Assembly: GCA_041694815.1 (NCBI GenBank)
Contig: JBGFSC010000047.1
Span: 32,001-96,000 of the forward strand
Origin: Elusimicrobiota bacterium
GTDB lineage: Bacteria > Elusimicrobiota > Elusimicrobia > UBA1565 > JACRDR01
Reading direction: 5' to 3'
DNA: 64,000 bases
Shown one piece after another: positions 1 to 9,498 of this stretch. Position 1 is the first letter of the stretch. The number at the start of each line of letters is the position of its first letter. Both the position numbers and the translations under genes were made by a program. The notes beneath the pieces are model-generated. The model searched no databases. It saw only the letters and a list, made by a program, of their open reading frames with translations, and was not told where the DNA came from.

Positions 1-840
1 AAGCTCGACATCGCCTTCAACACAAAGACGGTCTTCTACCGCCTCGTGCTCGCGCAGGATATGCACGCCGCGTTGACCGAGCGCCTGCGCGACGCCGAGC
101 GGCTGCTGCAGCAGCCGGGCTTCTCGGATTTCGAGCGCATCGAGGCCGAGGGGATGCTCGCCGAGCTCCGCGTGCGCGAGGCGGCGGCCGGCCGCGCCGT
201 CGAGGCGGCGCGCCTCGACTTCCGCAGGGGCCTCAACCTCGAGCTCGACACGCCCGTGCGCGTGCTCGGCAGCCTCGAGACCAAGCCCGCCGCCGTGGAC
301 TTAGACAAGGCCGTCGTCTGGGCCACCGAGCTTCGCCCCGAGCTCCAAGCGGAAACCTACAAGGCCCAGATGGACGCGATCGCCGTCAACCTGGCCATGG
401 GGCGGCGCAACCCCACCCTGGTGCTGGCCGGGGACTACGAGGTGACGGGGCAGCGCTTCCCCCTGAGGCAGAACAATTGGGACCTGACCCTGGGGCTGCG
501 CATCCCGTTCTCCTACGACTTCTGGACCCAATTGCGGCAGAAGAAGGCCGAGCAGCGCCAGGGCGAGGTCAAGCGCGCCGAGCTGCACGACCGCGTGCGC
601 ATGGAGGTGCGCCAGGCCTACGACGATCTCCAATTCTGGCAGAACGAGTGGCCCCTGCGCGAACGCGAGTACAAGCGGATCGCGGGATTGTTTAAGGCCG
701 CGCGCGGCAAGGGAGGGATGTCCCTGCTGCGGGCGCAGAACGCGGTGCTCGGCGTTCAAGAGCGCTATTTCATCGCCGTCGGCGAGCATCTGCTGGCCCG
801 CGCCAGGCTCGAGCGCGCCATTGGCCGCCCCCTTCCCTAA
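1..840 (+). CDS. TolC-family outer membrane efflux protein (5'-truncated by window edge)
   Basis: Frame is open from base 1 (KLDIAFNTK...). Helical OEP-like repeats, RPELQA motif, beta-strand segment (LVLAGDY...WDLTLGLRIPF), C-terminal ARLERAIG. Confidence 0.8.
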   Translation, partial: KLDIAFNTKTVFYRLVLAQDMHAALTERLRDAERLLQQPGFSDFERIEAEGMLAELRVREAAAGRAVEAARLDFRRGLNLELDTPVRVLGSLETKPAAVDLDKAVVWATELRPELQAETYKAQMDAIAVNLAMGRRNPTLVLAGDYEVTGQRFPLRQNNWDLTLGLRIPFSYDFWTQLRQKKAEQRQGEVKRAELHDRVRMEVRQAYDDLQFWQNEWPLREREYKRIAGLFKAARGKGGMSLLRAQNAVLGVQERYFIAVGEHLLARARLERAIGRPLP

Positions 841-1796
841 TGGCACCAGGCAGCATTCTTTTATTTTTATTTCTCGCGGGCAACGCGGGCGCCCTGCCCG
901 AAACCTCGCCGGATGATCTGCTGCGCGAGCACCTTTGGAGCGAACTGACGGCCCTGCCGGCGGGAGAGCGCCCCGTCGTAGGGCTGGCCCTCTCGGCCGG
1001 AGCCTTGCGCGGGCTGGGCCACGTCGGAGTGCTGCGCGTGCTCGAGGACAACGGCTTCCCGATCGACGTCGTCGCGGGAACCTCGATGGGGGCGGTGATC
1101 GGCTCCTTCTACGCGGCTGGAGTGCCGGTCTCCAAGCTCTGGGAAATGCGCCACACCATGCGTTTGGATTTCGGCTCGAACTTCAATTGGGTGCGTCTGG
1201 TCTCGCTGATGCTGCGCGACCGTCTGCTCTCAACGAGGCCCCTGGAACGGCTACTCCGGGAAGAGCTGGGCGACCTCTACTTCCACCAGCTCCAGAAGCC
1301 CTTTGGATGCGTCGCCATGGACTTGAAGACCGGAGAGAAGATCGTCTTCCGACAAGGGCCCTTGGCGCCCGCCGTGCGGGCCAGCGCCAACCTCCCCGGG
1401 GTCTTCGCGCCGGTTGAATACCGCCACCGCTACCTGGTCGACGGGGGCGTGGTCGATTACGTGCCCGCCGACGTCGCGCGCCTGCTGGGAGCCGACTGGG
1501 TCATCGCCAGCGTCACCGAAGGGGACTTCACCTCGTTCGCGCCGACCAACGTGCTCGCGGCCCTCTCGCAGGTCATCGACATCCGGGGCTCGCTGCTCTC
1601 GCGGCAGCAGCGGCGCCTGGCCGACGCCCTGGTGGAACCGGCCGTCGGCGACATCGGCTTCTACGAGGTGGAGCGCGCGGCGGAGGCAATGGATAAGGGC
1701 GTCGTCGCAGCCCACAATAAAGTACGCCCGATACAACAGGATTATATCCTCCACTCGCTGCCGCGTCTTGTCCCGCGATGGAGAGGCAAGCTTTGA
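840..1796 (+). CDS. Patatin-like phospholipase with signal peptide
   Basis: Oxyanion loop LSAGALRGLGHVG, GTSMG nucleophile, DGG motif, hydrophobic N-terminus. Confidence 0.9.
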   Translation: MAPGSILLFLFLAGNAGALPETSPDDLLREHLWSELTALPAGERPVVGLALSAGALRGLGHVGVLRVLEDNGFPIDVVAGTSMGAVIGSFYAAGVPVSKLWEMRHTMRLDFGSNFNWVRLVSLMLRDRLLSTRPLERLLREELGDLYFHQLQKPFGCVAMDLKTGEKIVFRQGPLAPAVRASANLPGVFAPVEYRHRYLVDGGVVDYVPADVARLLGADWVIASVTEGDFTSFAPTNVLAALSQVIDIRGSLLSRQQRRLADALVEPAVGDIGFYEVERAAEAMDKGVVAAHNKVRPIQQDYILHSLPRLVPRWRGKL

Positions 1797-2728
1797 TGCG
1801 GCGCGGGTGGCTGGCGCTGCTGATGCTTCCATGCTGTTGCGGGGCCGCCGCGGCGGCCCCGCAACAAGGCCTGGCCGCGGCCCAGCAATCCTTCGCCGCG
1901 GGGCGCTACGCCGAGGTCGAGCGCCTCCTCGGGGGGCTCGAGCGGCACCGGCTCGGCTCCAAGGACCTGCGCGCGGCCTACGACCTGCTGGGCATGAGCC
2001 AGGAGCGCCTCAACGACCTAGACAAGGCGCTGGGCACCTATCAGCTGGGCGTCGCACTTTTCCCCAAGGACTTGAACCTCCTTACGCATCTGGCCGACCT
2101 CCTCCACCGCGTTGGCCTCGACGACCGGGCGCGCCCGTTTTACGAGCGCGTCTTGAATATCCATCCGAATAACGCGGCGGCCCACCAAGGATTGGCCGAA
2201 ATCGACCGGGCCAGCGGGTTGCTCGAGCCCGCGCAAGCGCACTACGAGAAGGCGCTGGAGGAGCGCGCCGAGAACCCCTCGCTATGGCGCGACCTCAGCG
2301 AGATCCGCGCGCGCCGCGGAGACAACCAAGGAGCCGTCGCGGCCGCCGAGAAATCCCTCGCGCTAGCCTTCAGCGTCGACACCTTGCTCGTCCTGGCCCG
2401 CACCCATTACGCCGCCGGGCGGCGGCCCGAGGCCTATGCCTCCCTCCTGCGCGCGCAAGGGGCGGCGCCGGAGAGGCTCGAGCTCGGGCTGCAGCACGCG
2501 CTCTGGCTGCTCGACTCCAACGACCTTGAGGGAGCCCGCAAGGTCGCCGAGGGCCTGCTCCGCGCCCAGCCCGAGCATCCCCTCGCGCTCTGGATCCGCG
2601 GGAGGGCGGCCTTAGGCGAGGGCGAACTCTCCAAGGCCATAGCCGACTTCGAGAAGGCCGCCGAACAGACGGAGCATCCCTTCGTCGCTGCGGTGGCGCG
2701 CTCGATGATCCGGACGCTCAGGCCGTGA
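1796..2728 (+). CDS. Exported tetratricopeptide-repeat protein
   Basis: Signal peptide followed by several TPR-like repeats (e.g. FYERVLNIHPNNAAAHQGLA). TGATG coupling to patatin sets the start. Confidence 0.8.
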   Translation: MRRGWLALLMLPCCCGAAAAAPQQGLAAAQQSFAAGRYAEVERLLGGLERHRLGSKDLRAAYDLLGMSQERLNDLDKALGTYQLGVALFPKDLNLLTHLADLLHRVGLDDRARPFYERVLNIHPNNAAAHQGLAEIDRASGLLEPAQAHYEKALEERAENPSLWRDLSEIRARRGDNQGAVAAAEKSLALAFSVDTLLVLARTHYAAGRRPEAYASLLRAQGAAPERLELGLQHALWLLDSNDLEGARKVAEGLLRAQPEHPLALWIRGRAALGEGELSKAIADFEKAAEQTEHPFVAAVARSMIRTLRP

Positions 2729-3516
2729 GGGCACGCCGCCTGCCTTTCGCGAAGATGTCGGGTGCCGGCAACGACTTTGTCCTGGTGGAGGAATCCAGCC
2801 TGCGCGGGCGCCCGCGCGCGCCCTTGGCGCGGCGGCTCTGCCTGCGCCGAGGCGGCGTGGGCGCCGACGGGCTATTGATCGTCGGCCGGAAGGATTCTTC
2901 CCCGACGGTGGACTACTACAACGCGGACGGCTCGCGGGCCTTCTGCGCCAACGGCGCGCGCTGCGCCGCGTGGTGGGCGCGCCGTCGCGGCTGGGTCGGT
3001 AAGCGCTTCACCCTGCGCTCCTCGCGCGGCGACATCGAGGCCGAGGTTCCCCGTCCCGGTCGCGCGCGCCTGCGCATGCCCGCGGCCCGTAGGGCCCGCT
3101 TCGGCCTGTCTCTGCGCGCCCTCGGCCGCCGCTGGAAGGCGCACTCAATCGATACGGGGGTCCCGCACGCCGTCGTGGAGGTCGAGGGTCTCGACCGCTT
3201 CCCGGTCGCGTCCGTGGGACGCGCCTTGCGCCGCCACCCCGCCTTCGGAAGGGCCGGGGCCAACGTGAATTTCATCTCGCGCCGGGGAAGGCTACTGCTC
3301 ATCCGCACCTACGAGCGCGGCGTCGAAGACGAGACCCTGGCCTGCGGGACGGGCGCGGTGGCCGCCGCCCTATGCGCGCACCGACTCTACGGCCTCTCCT
3401 CTCCCATCCGGGTCCAGGCAGCCGGAGGGGAGCTCGCGGTCCGCTTCGATTCCTTCGAGCGGATCTGGCTGGAAGGCCCCGCCGAGGTCCTATTCGAGGG
3501 GGAGGCGCCGCTATGA
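2725..3516 (+). CDS. dapF: Diaminopimelate epimerase
   Basis: KMSGAGNDF, GVGADG, NADGS..CANGARC, TGVPH, ERGVEDETLACGTG motifs. Confidence 0.95.
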   Translation: MRARRLPFAKMSGAGNDFVLVEESSLRGRPRAPLARRLCLRRGGVGADGLLIVGRKDSSPTVDYYNADGSRAFCANGARCAAWWARRRGWVGKRFTLRSSRGDIEAEVPRPGRARLRMPAARRARFGLSLRALGRRWKAHSIDTGVPHAVVEVEGLDRFPVASVGRALRRHPAFGRAGANVNFISRRGRLLLIRTYERGVEDETLACGTGAVAAALCAHRLYGLSSPIRVQAAGGELAVRFDSFERIWLEGPAEVLFEGEAPL

Positions 3517-4409
3517 GGCTTCAAGGATCCTTTCCGGCGCTGATCACGCCGTTTAAGAACGGAGCGCTCGACGACCGGGCCCTGCGCCGCCTGGCCCGGT
3601 GGCTGCTGACGCAAGGATCGGCGGGCCTGGTACCCTGCGGCTCCACCGGCGAGGCGGCCACCCTGAGCCCCGACGAGTACAAGCGCGTCGTCTCGCTCTG
3701 CGTCGAGGAGGCGCGGGCCCACGGGCGCCCCGTCATAGCCGGGGTGGGCACCAACGCCACCTCCAAGGCCGCGGAGACCGCCCAGGCGGCCGCGGGGCTG
3801 GGCGCCGACGCCTTGCTCGTGCTCTGCCCCTACTACAACAAGCCGACGCAGGAAGGCTTGTTCCTCCATTTCCGCGAGGTCGCCCGCTCCGTCAAGCTGC
3901 CCATCGTCGTCTACAACATTCCCGGCAGGACGGCCGTCAACCTGCTGCCTAAGACCCTGGCCAAGATCGCGCGGGAGTGCCGCAACGTCGTCGCCGTCAA
4001 GGAGGCCTCGGGCTCGCTCGATCAAGTCTCGGAAATCCTGAGCGTCTGCCCCGACGGCTTCACCGTGCTCTCGGGAGATGATTCCCTGACCCTGCCGATG
4101 ATCTCCATCGGCGCCAAGGGGGTCGTCAGCGTGATCGCCAATATATTGCCGCGCGAGACCTCAAGGCTCTGCGAGGCCGCGCTAGCCGGCCGGCGCGCCG
4201 AGGCCGAACGGCTGCACGCGCGCCTGTTCCCGCTGACCAAATCCCTCTTTATCGAGACGAACCCGATCCCCATCAAGGCCGCGGCCGCCCAGCTGGGGCT
4301 CTGCTTGAACGAATTGCGCCTGCCTCTGACTCCGATGACGCGGCGCAATAAGTCCCTGCTGCTTCGCGAGCTTCGCCGCATCGGCGTCCGGAGGCCCCGG
4401 ATCGCTTAG
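3513..4409 (+). CDS. dapA: 4-hydroxy-tetrahydrodipicolinate synthase
   Basis: ALITPF, GSTGE, PYYNKP, YNIPGRT, VKEASG, NPIPIK. ATGA overlap with dapF and an upstream GGAGG. Confidence 0.95.
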   Translation: MRLQGSFPALITPFKNGALDDRALRRLARWLLTQGSAGLVPCGSTGEAATLSPDEYKRVVSLCVEEARAHGRPVIAGVGTNATSKAAETAQAAAGLGADALLVLCPYYNKPTQEGLFLHFREVARSVKLPIVVYNIPGRTAVNLLPKTLAKIARECRNVVAVKEASGSLDQVSEILSVCPDGFTVLSGDDSLTLPMISIGAKGVVSVIANILPRETSRLCEAALAGRRAEAERLHARLFPLTKSLFIETNPIPIKAAAAQLGLCLNELRLPLTPMTRRNKSLLLRELRRIGVRRPRIA

Positions 4410-4413
4410 AGCC

Positions 4414-4695
4414 TCACCGATAAAAGCGCCTCTCGCGCCGCCGTTCGGCTTCTTCTAAAAGAAGGTCGGCGACCTCTTCGGAGAGCTCCATGACGTCTAG
4501 CTGCAACTCATAACCCAGGCCTTCGAAAAGTTTATCCCAGGTCGATAAACGACAATCGCACCCGCGCTCGGCACGGTTGACCACCGATGGGTTGACGTCC
4601 GCTTCGTCGGCGAGCTGAAATTGCGAAATTCCCCGTTCTTCACGCATCTGCTTGAGCAGCGCTGCCATGCGGGACACGGCGCTTTCGGAACCCAT
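4414..4695 (-). CDS. XRE/Cro-C1 helix-turn-helix regulator
   Basis: LKQMREERGISQFQLADEADVNPSVVNRAERG...LFEGLG is a typical HTH_3 pattern. GGAG upstream. Confidence 0.8.
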   Translation of the reverse strand: MGSESAVSRMAALLKQMREERGISQFQLADEADVNPSVVNRAERGCDCRLSTWDKLFEGLGYELQLDVMELSEEVADLLLEEAERRRERRFYR

Positions 4696-4775
4696 GCCAT
4701 ATATACGATTAGCTCCAGAAAAAGTTCCGTAATTCGGGCTACTTTGACGCCGGGACGCGGATTAGTCCCATTCTT

Positions 4776-4859
4776 GTTCTTTGCTTTTGAGCAATCGGGA
4801 ACGGAATAGATGCCTTTATTCGCAGTTTTCTTGGCCCATTTTGCTCAAAAGCAAAGAAC
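4776..4859. promoter_or_regulatory. Perfect 19 bp inverted repeat; each arm holds a TTGCT-N4-AGCAA palindrome (candidate operator pair)
   Basis: GTTCTTTGCTTTTGAGCAA (4776-4794) and TTGCTCAAAAGCAAAGAAC (4841-4859), 46 bp apart, upstream of the XRE gene. Confidence 0.65.
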
Positions 4860-4944
4860 GAATACATCAACAATCACCCACCCGTCTTTCCCAGCTACGT
4901 AAATGGTATACTTCGGGCCGCGCGAATTAAAGAATCAAAAGACA

Positions 4945-5034
4945 ATGACAGAAGCCCTGATAAATTTAGCCGTGGGAATAATCTTGATTTTGGGTCTTGC
5001 CAAGTTTTCCGCTAAATTCCGAAAAAACAGATAA
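4945..5034 (+). CDS. Putative 29 aa single-pass membrane peptide
   Basis: MTEALINLAVGIILILGLAKFSAKFRKNR*: hydrophobic helix then basic tail. In-frame upstream ATG at 4903 would give 43 aa. Below the ORF-track cutoff. Confidence 0.4.
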   Translation: MTEALINLAVGIILILGLAKFSAKFRKNR

Positions 5035-5059
5035 TTGACGGAGGGACGTTAAGCTGCCC

Positions 5060-5089
5060 AGGTCCCGGGAAACGGGGCCTCTTATTTTT
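5060..5089 (+). terminator. Possible intrinsic terminator
   Basis: AGGTCCCG-GGAAA-CGGGGCCT stem (one G-U pair) followed by CTTATTTTT, between convergent ORFs. Confidence 0.5.
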
Positions 5090-5094
5090 GGCTC

Positions 5095-6459
5095 CTATTT
5101 AAGCGGCTGAAGCTCTTTTGAGGAGCGCGCTTCGGGCTTGGAGGCACGACCCAGCAGCCGCTCGGCGCAGCGCTTGCCGTCCAAAATGGTCTCTTCCATG
5201 AAGGAATACTTCCAGGCGCCGTATCTGCCGATGGATTCTATCTCGCGCTTGTTCAAGAAATTAAAGATGGCGCGCACCGCCGGAGTGCGGTCGAAGTCGT
5301 AGACGACGTAGGCGCAGGGGATTGGGAGCCACAGAGCGGTCAGCAGCTTGTCGGAGGACTTGAGCAGCCCGCAGGATCGCAGCCCGGCCAATATCTGGTT
5401 CTCGAGGCGCTTGAGCTCGACCTTCTCGCCGGGCCTGCGCGAGACCTCGATGTACATCGAACTGCTGCCCCGCGGGGCCACTTTTGGGGAGAAATTGCTG
5501 CAGAACCCGGCCCGGTAGAACGGGAAACGGTTTTCCGGGAAGTAAATCCAATGCTTATCCGACATGCCGGGCCGGGCAACGCCGATATTCCAATTGTAAA
5601 CGGAAACGTAGCGCAGCCGGCCCCGTGCACGACGAACGGCTTCGGGCAAAGGCGAAGCAAGGTCCAAAAAATGTGCCAACGGCAGGGTGTTGACCAGGCG
5701 CTCGTAACGGACCTCGCCGATGCCATCGATCTCGGCGACCCGCTCGGCCAGATGCACCCGCCGGACGGCGCAGCCGACCCGGACATGGCCCAGGCCGGAG
5801 GCCAGGGCGTCGGCGAGCGACTGGCTGCCCCCGCGGATCGGGTAGCGGAAGGTGGCGTTATAGCCGAAGTATTTCTTTTGGTCGAACAACGCGCCGTAGA
5901 GCACCTCCTCGACCGACGGTTTGGGGACGAAGCGTCCCTGCCATTCCGTCGTCAGCCGGGATAAGGGCGCGCGCCAGAGCTTCTCGTTATAGGGGAACAT
6001 GAAATGCCGCGAGATCCCTTCCCCGAAGGTCCGTAAGCTCCATTCGCGGAAGGAAAGTCCGGGCACCGCGGGCTGCGGCCGGTGCACGGTTTTGAGAAAT
6101 CCGACCACGCAGTCCTCGACCGTCTTGGGAGGCAACCCGCAGGTGTTGGCCTGGAAGGGATAGCGCGTGAACACTCCTTTGGAATAGATCCAGGAATTGC
6201 GCCGGATCACCGAAAGGTTGCCGCGCAAGAGCCCGGTGATCAATTCTTTTCCGTAGGGGTCGTGCAGGTGCAGCAGGTGCCCCGTATGGTCGAAGGTGAA
6301 GCCGTCCTGCGTGACCGACCCGGCCAGACCGCCGACGCGGGCCTTCTTCTCCGCGATCAACCAGGAAGGCCGCCGCCCTCCTCCGAGCCGCTCAAGATGG
6401 TAGGCCGTCGAGAGGCCGGCCAGGCCGCCGCCCAGGATCAATACGTCCGTGGCGACCAT
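5095..6459 (-). CDS. FAD-dependent oxidoreductase, UDP-galactopyranose mutase-like (eukaryotic-type motifs)
   Basis: GGGLAGL, FDHTGH, YPFQAN, PYNEKLW, NATFRYPIRGG, FPFYR, GRYGAWKY. Confidence 0.75.
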   Translation of the reverse strand: MVATDVLILGGGLAGLSTAYHLERLGGGRRPSWLIAEKKARVGGLAGSVTQDGFTFDHTGHLLHLHDPYGKELITGLLRGNLSVIRRNSWIYSKGVFTRYPFQANTCGLPPKTVEDCVVGFLKTVHRPQPAVPGLSFREWSLRTFGEGISRHFMFPYNEKLWRAPLSRLTTEWQGRFVPKPSVEEVLYGALFDQKKYFGYNATFRYPIRGGSQSLADALASGLGHVRVGCAVRRVHLAERVAEIDGIGEVRYERLVNTLPLAHFLDLASPLPEAVRRARGRLRYVSVYNWNIGVARPGMSDKHWIYFPENRFPFYRAGFCSNFSPKVAPRGSSSMYIEVSRRPGEKVELKRLENQILAGLRSCGLLKSSDKLLTALWLPIPCAYVVYDFDRTPAVRAIFNFLNKREIESIGRYGAWKYSFMEETILDGKRCAERLLGRASKPEARSSKELQPLK

Positions 6460-6460
6460 G

Positions 6461-7501
6461 TCAGTGCATGCGCACGACGCCCATGCGCCGGCTCAGCAGC
6501 GCGATCTCGGCTATCAAGAAAGCGTAGATCCAAAGCGCCCACATGGAAGTGACGCGGGTGACGATGAAGCCGCAGACCGACAGCAGGGCGGCCGCCACGG
6601 CCGCCAAGACCACGATCTGCTGGCGAGTGAAGCCCATCGCTTCCAAGCGTAGGGCGAAATGGTCCCGGGATCCCATGAAGGGCGACTGACCCTTGAGCAT
6701 GCGCAGCACCATGACGAAGAACGTGTCGTACATCGGGACCATCAGTATGAAGAGCGGGGCGTACACGCCGAAGGGGTTGACCTTGGTGTAATCGGTGCCC
6801 AGCGAGATCGCGGCCAGGAGGAAGCCGAGCGGCATGCTGCCCGAATCGCCCATGAATATCTTGCGCTTTTCCGATAAGTTCCACGGGAGAAAGCCCAGGG
6901 CCGACCCGGCCACCGCCGCTGAGGCGAAATTGACGTAGATATGCTCGGAGGGCATGGCGATGAGCAAAAATCCCAAGGCGGCGATCGCCGCCTGGCTGGA
7001 GCAAAGCCCGTCCATGATATCGATGATATTGAAGGCGTTGGTGATGCCGACTACCCAGAGTACCGTCAAGGCGATCGCCAGGTAATCCGGTGTGATGAAG
7101 TGTATCCGGATCCCGTAGGACACGAGAACGATCGCGGCGAGCAATTGCCCCGCGAACTTGGTGCCCACGTGGAGACCCTCGGGCTTTTTCCAGTCGTCGA
7201 TGAGGCCGAGCAGGAAGACGATCGCCGAGCCGATGACGAGCGCGCGCAGGCTGTAGAGGGTGCCCGTGGGAAAGGCGGTATAACGCCGCAACAGAAGAAG
7301 GCTCAAGGCGAAGCCGAGCCAGATGGCGACGCCGCCCATCATGGGTGTGGCGATCTTGTGCGTCTTGACGGAGCTCGAGGGGGCGTCCAGCCAGCCGAAG
7401 CGCAGGGCCGCCTGGCGCATCACGGGCGTGGCCAGCATCGACAAAAGCCCCGAGGCGGCGATGGTCCCGATGTAGAGTTGAATCGTTCCCGTTTCTTTCA
7501 A
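6461..7501 (-). CDS. MraY/WecA/TagO-family undecaprenyl-phosphate sugar-1-phosphate transferase
   Basis: TPMMGG, GLIDD, NAFNIIDIMDGL, IFMGDSG, RDH motifs; multipass membrane protein. Confidence 0.9.
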   Translation of the reverse strand: MKETGTIQLYIGTIAASGLLSMLATPVMRQAALRFGWLDAPSSSVKTHKIATPMMGGVAIWLGFALSLLLLRRYTAFPTGTLYSLRALVIGSAIVFLLGLIDDWKKPEGLHVGTKFAGQLLAAIVLVSYGIRIHFITPDYLAIALTVLWVVGITNAFNIIDIMDGLCSSQAAIAALGFLLIAMPSEHIYVNFASAAVAGSALGFLPWNLSEKRKIFMGDSGSMPLGFLLAAISLGTDYTKVNPFGVYAPLFILMVPMYDTFFVMVLRMLKGQSPFMGSRDHFALRLEAMGFTRQQIVVLAAVAAALLSVCGFIVTRVTSMWALWIYAFLIAEIALLSRRMGVVRMH

Positions 7502-9498
7502 TCCTTGATCGCCATTAGGGCGCAGGAATCGGACGCGTAAACGGGCTCCAGGAGCCCGGCGCGCTCAAGGCCCTCCCAATTCCTGATCCCCGCCGGGGAA
7601 AACGAGAAGATGCCGTAGCCAGAGAGGCGCCTCCCCTCCCGCGGGACGAGCAGCAGGTGGGTGAATTTTCCCTCGCTTTTGAGCAGCCCCGCGAGCTCCA
7701 CGGGGCTCGATGAGCGGTCGGCCCATTCCACGAAGCGGTTGGGGGCCATGACGGTGGTGGCGACGTGATCCTGCTGGACGTAGTAACCCCGCTGCTCGCC
7801 CACGATGAGGATTCTATCATTTTTGCCCAAACGCTCCCTCGCCCGCAGCGCGCAAGGATAATAGTCCAGGCGTCGCGAGAGGTACTCGTTGCGGCTCTCG
7901 GCGCCGGAGAGCAGCCGCCAGCTCGAGAGCACGGTGTGCACGTAGAAGAAAAAGCCCAGGTTGCAGAGGATAAACAAGGCGAGGGCCGCCGCCAGGAGGG
8001 TCTTGCCTCCGCGCTCAAAGGAGCGCCAGAGCCGGTGGAAGCCAGCCGCCGCCGGCAGGCTCAGCAGCGGCACCAGCACGGTCAAGAAGCGCAGCACCAC
8101 GCCGGTCGAGAACCACACGGCGGCGTGGAAGGCGCAGTAGCCGAGCATGCGGCGCAGGCTGCGGTTGGCGAAGGCGGCCCATGCCGCCAGCGGCGTCAGC
8201 GCGAGGAGCAGCCCCCAGCCGAGATTGCCCAGCACATCGGCTCCACCGCCGAAACGCAGGTTTCCGGTGAAGGCCAGGAAGGGGAACGCGAGCAGGTCCG
8301 AGAAAAACTGGCCATGCCCGTGCCCGTAATCGGTCAGGGCCGAGAAATACCGCTTCGCGTTCTCGGGACCCCAACCGGTCCCACGATAAGGGAAATGCTG
8401 GTAGAGAAACGGAAAGAAGGGGTTGCCGAGGCTCAGCCAATTGCGGATGAGCCAGGGGCTGCCAACCACGGCGGCGCAAAGGCCGAAGCGCAGCGCCGGG
8501 CGCCAGGCGCGGCGGATCACAAGATATAGCCCAATGGCCGCTGGGCATATGCCGACGTAATACTTCGTCCCCACCCCGAGCCCGGCGAAAAGCGCCGAAA
8601 GCAGCAGCCAACCGTCGCGCGAACCCTCGATCTCCCTCCAGCGGCAAAAGCATAGGACGGAGGCCGTAACCCAGAGCATCGCCAGGGTCTCGACGTAGGT
8701 GATCGAAGACAGCAGCATTACCGCCGTGTGGGAGGCGGCGAGCACGCAGGCGAGCAAGGCGGCGTTGATCGGCATCTCGCGTTTGCCCATCTCGAACATC
8801 CACCATAAGGAAAGGGCGGTCGCCAGCCAGCTGAACATCTGCGCCAGGAGGTCGGAGCCGAGCATCAGGGCGAACATGAAGAGCATCTCGCCGTTCTGCG
8901 GGAAATGCCCGAAGAGCACCGGGGGTTGCGCCGTAAGCCCCCCATGGCGCAGGTAATAGGCCGGGAGCTCGAGATGGTAGACCAGCGAGTCGTACTGGTG
9001 CGGCGGCACCCAAGCCGTCCAAAAGGTCAGGCAGAGCAGGGCTGCCAAGAACGCCGTCCACCCCGAGCGCCCTCGCAGCAGGCTGCGGTTGGCGGCCAAG
9101 GACAGCACGACGTCGCGCATCTCGGTGAAGCTCAATACCCAGAGTACGGAGAATAGGAGCACGACGGCCACGGGCTTGAGCGCCCCGGTGGCGGCCAGCA
9201 GCAGCATGCCCTGGCTCAGTATGCCCAGGCCCAACGTGCAGCCGATGAGGGTCCTCTCGGACTCGCTCATATGCGTCGCGACGTACATCTTCAGCGCCAG
9301 GCGCCCCATGCCGGTGCAGGTGAGCACGGTCAGCGCGAGCAGGACGGCGGCCGTCAGCCCCGCGGCGAGAGGCTGGGCGAAATGGCTCCAGCAGAGGTAG
9401 AGGGCCAGCCCCAGCAGCCCCAGCAGGTACGCCCACGCGGCCAGCGAGGGGCTGCCCCCCTCGCGTTCGACGCGCGCGCCTTCGCGGTGCTCAGCCAC
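7498..9498 (-). CDS. GT-C-fold (ArnT/PMT-like) multipass membrane glycosyltransferase
   Basis: YDSLVYHL acidic loop, GTKYY, PWLIRNW..GNPFFP, many TM segments, C-terminal soluble domain. Confidence 0.7.
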   Translation of the reverse strand: MAEHREGARVEREGGSPSLAAWAYLLGLLGLALYLCWSHFAQPLAAGLTAAVLLALTVLTCTGMGRLALKMYVATHMSESERTLIGCTLGLGILSQGMLLLAATGALKPVAVVLLFSVLWVLSFTEMRDVVLSLAANRSLLRGRSGWTAFLAALLCLTFWTAWVPPHQYDSLVYHLELPAYYLRHGGLTAQPPVLFGHFPQNGEMLFMFALMLGSDLLAQMFSWLATALSLWWMFEMGKREMPINAALLACVLAASHTAVMLLSSITYVETLAMLWVTASVLCFCRWREIEGSRDGWLLLSALFAGLGVGTKYYVGICPAAIGLYLVIRRAWRPALRFGLCAAVVGSPWLIRNWLSLGNPFFPFLYQHFPYRGTGWGPENAKRYFSALTDYGHGHGQFFSDLLAFPFLAFTGNLRFGGGADVLGNLGWGLLLALTPLAAWAAFANRSLRRMLGYCAFHAAVWFSTGVVLRFLTVLVPLLSLPAAAGFHRLWRSFERGGKTLLAAALALFILCNLGFFFYVHTVLSSWRLLSGAESRNEYLSRRLDYYPCALRARERLGKNDRILIVGEQRGYYVQQDHVATTVMAPNRFVEWADRSSSPVELAGLLKSEGKFTHLLLVPREGRRLSGYGIFSFSPAGIRNWEGLERAGLLEPVYASDSCALMAIKD

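Noticed and set aside
5036..5082. Possible riboswitch or ncRNA
   Set aside because: I could not match it to a known family by eye. It lies at the 3' ends of convergent genes, so a terminator is the simpler reading.
8015..9436. 473 aa alternative-frame ORF inside the GT-C gene
   Set aside because: Arg/Ala/Pro-rich GC frame artefact without recognisable motifs.
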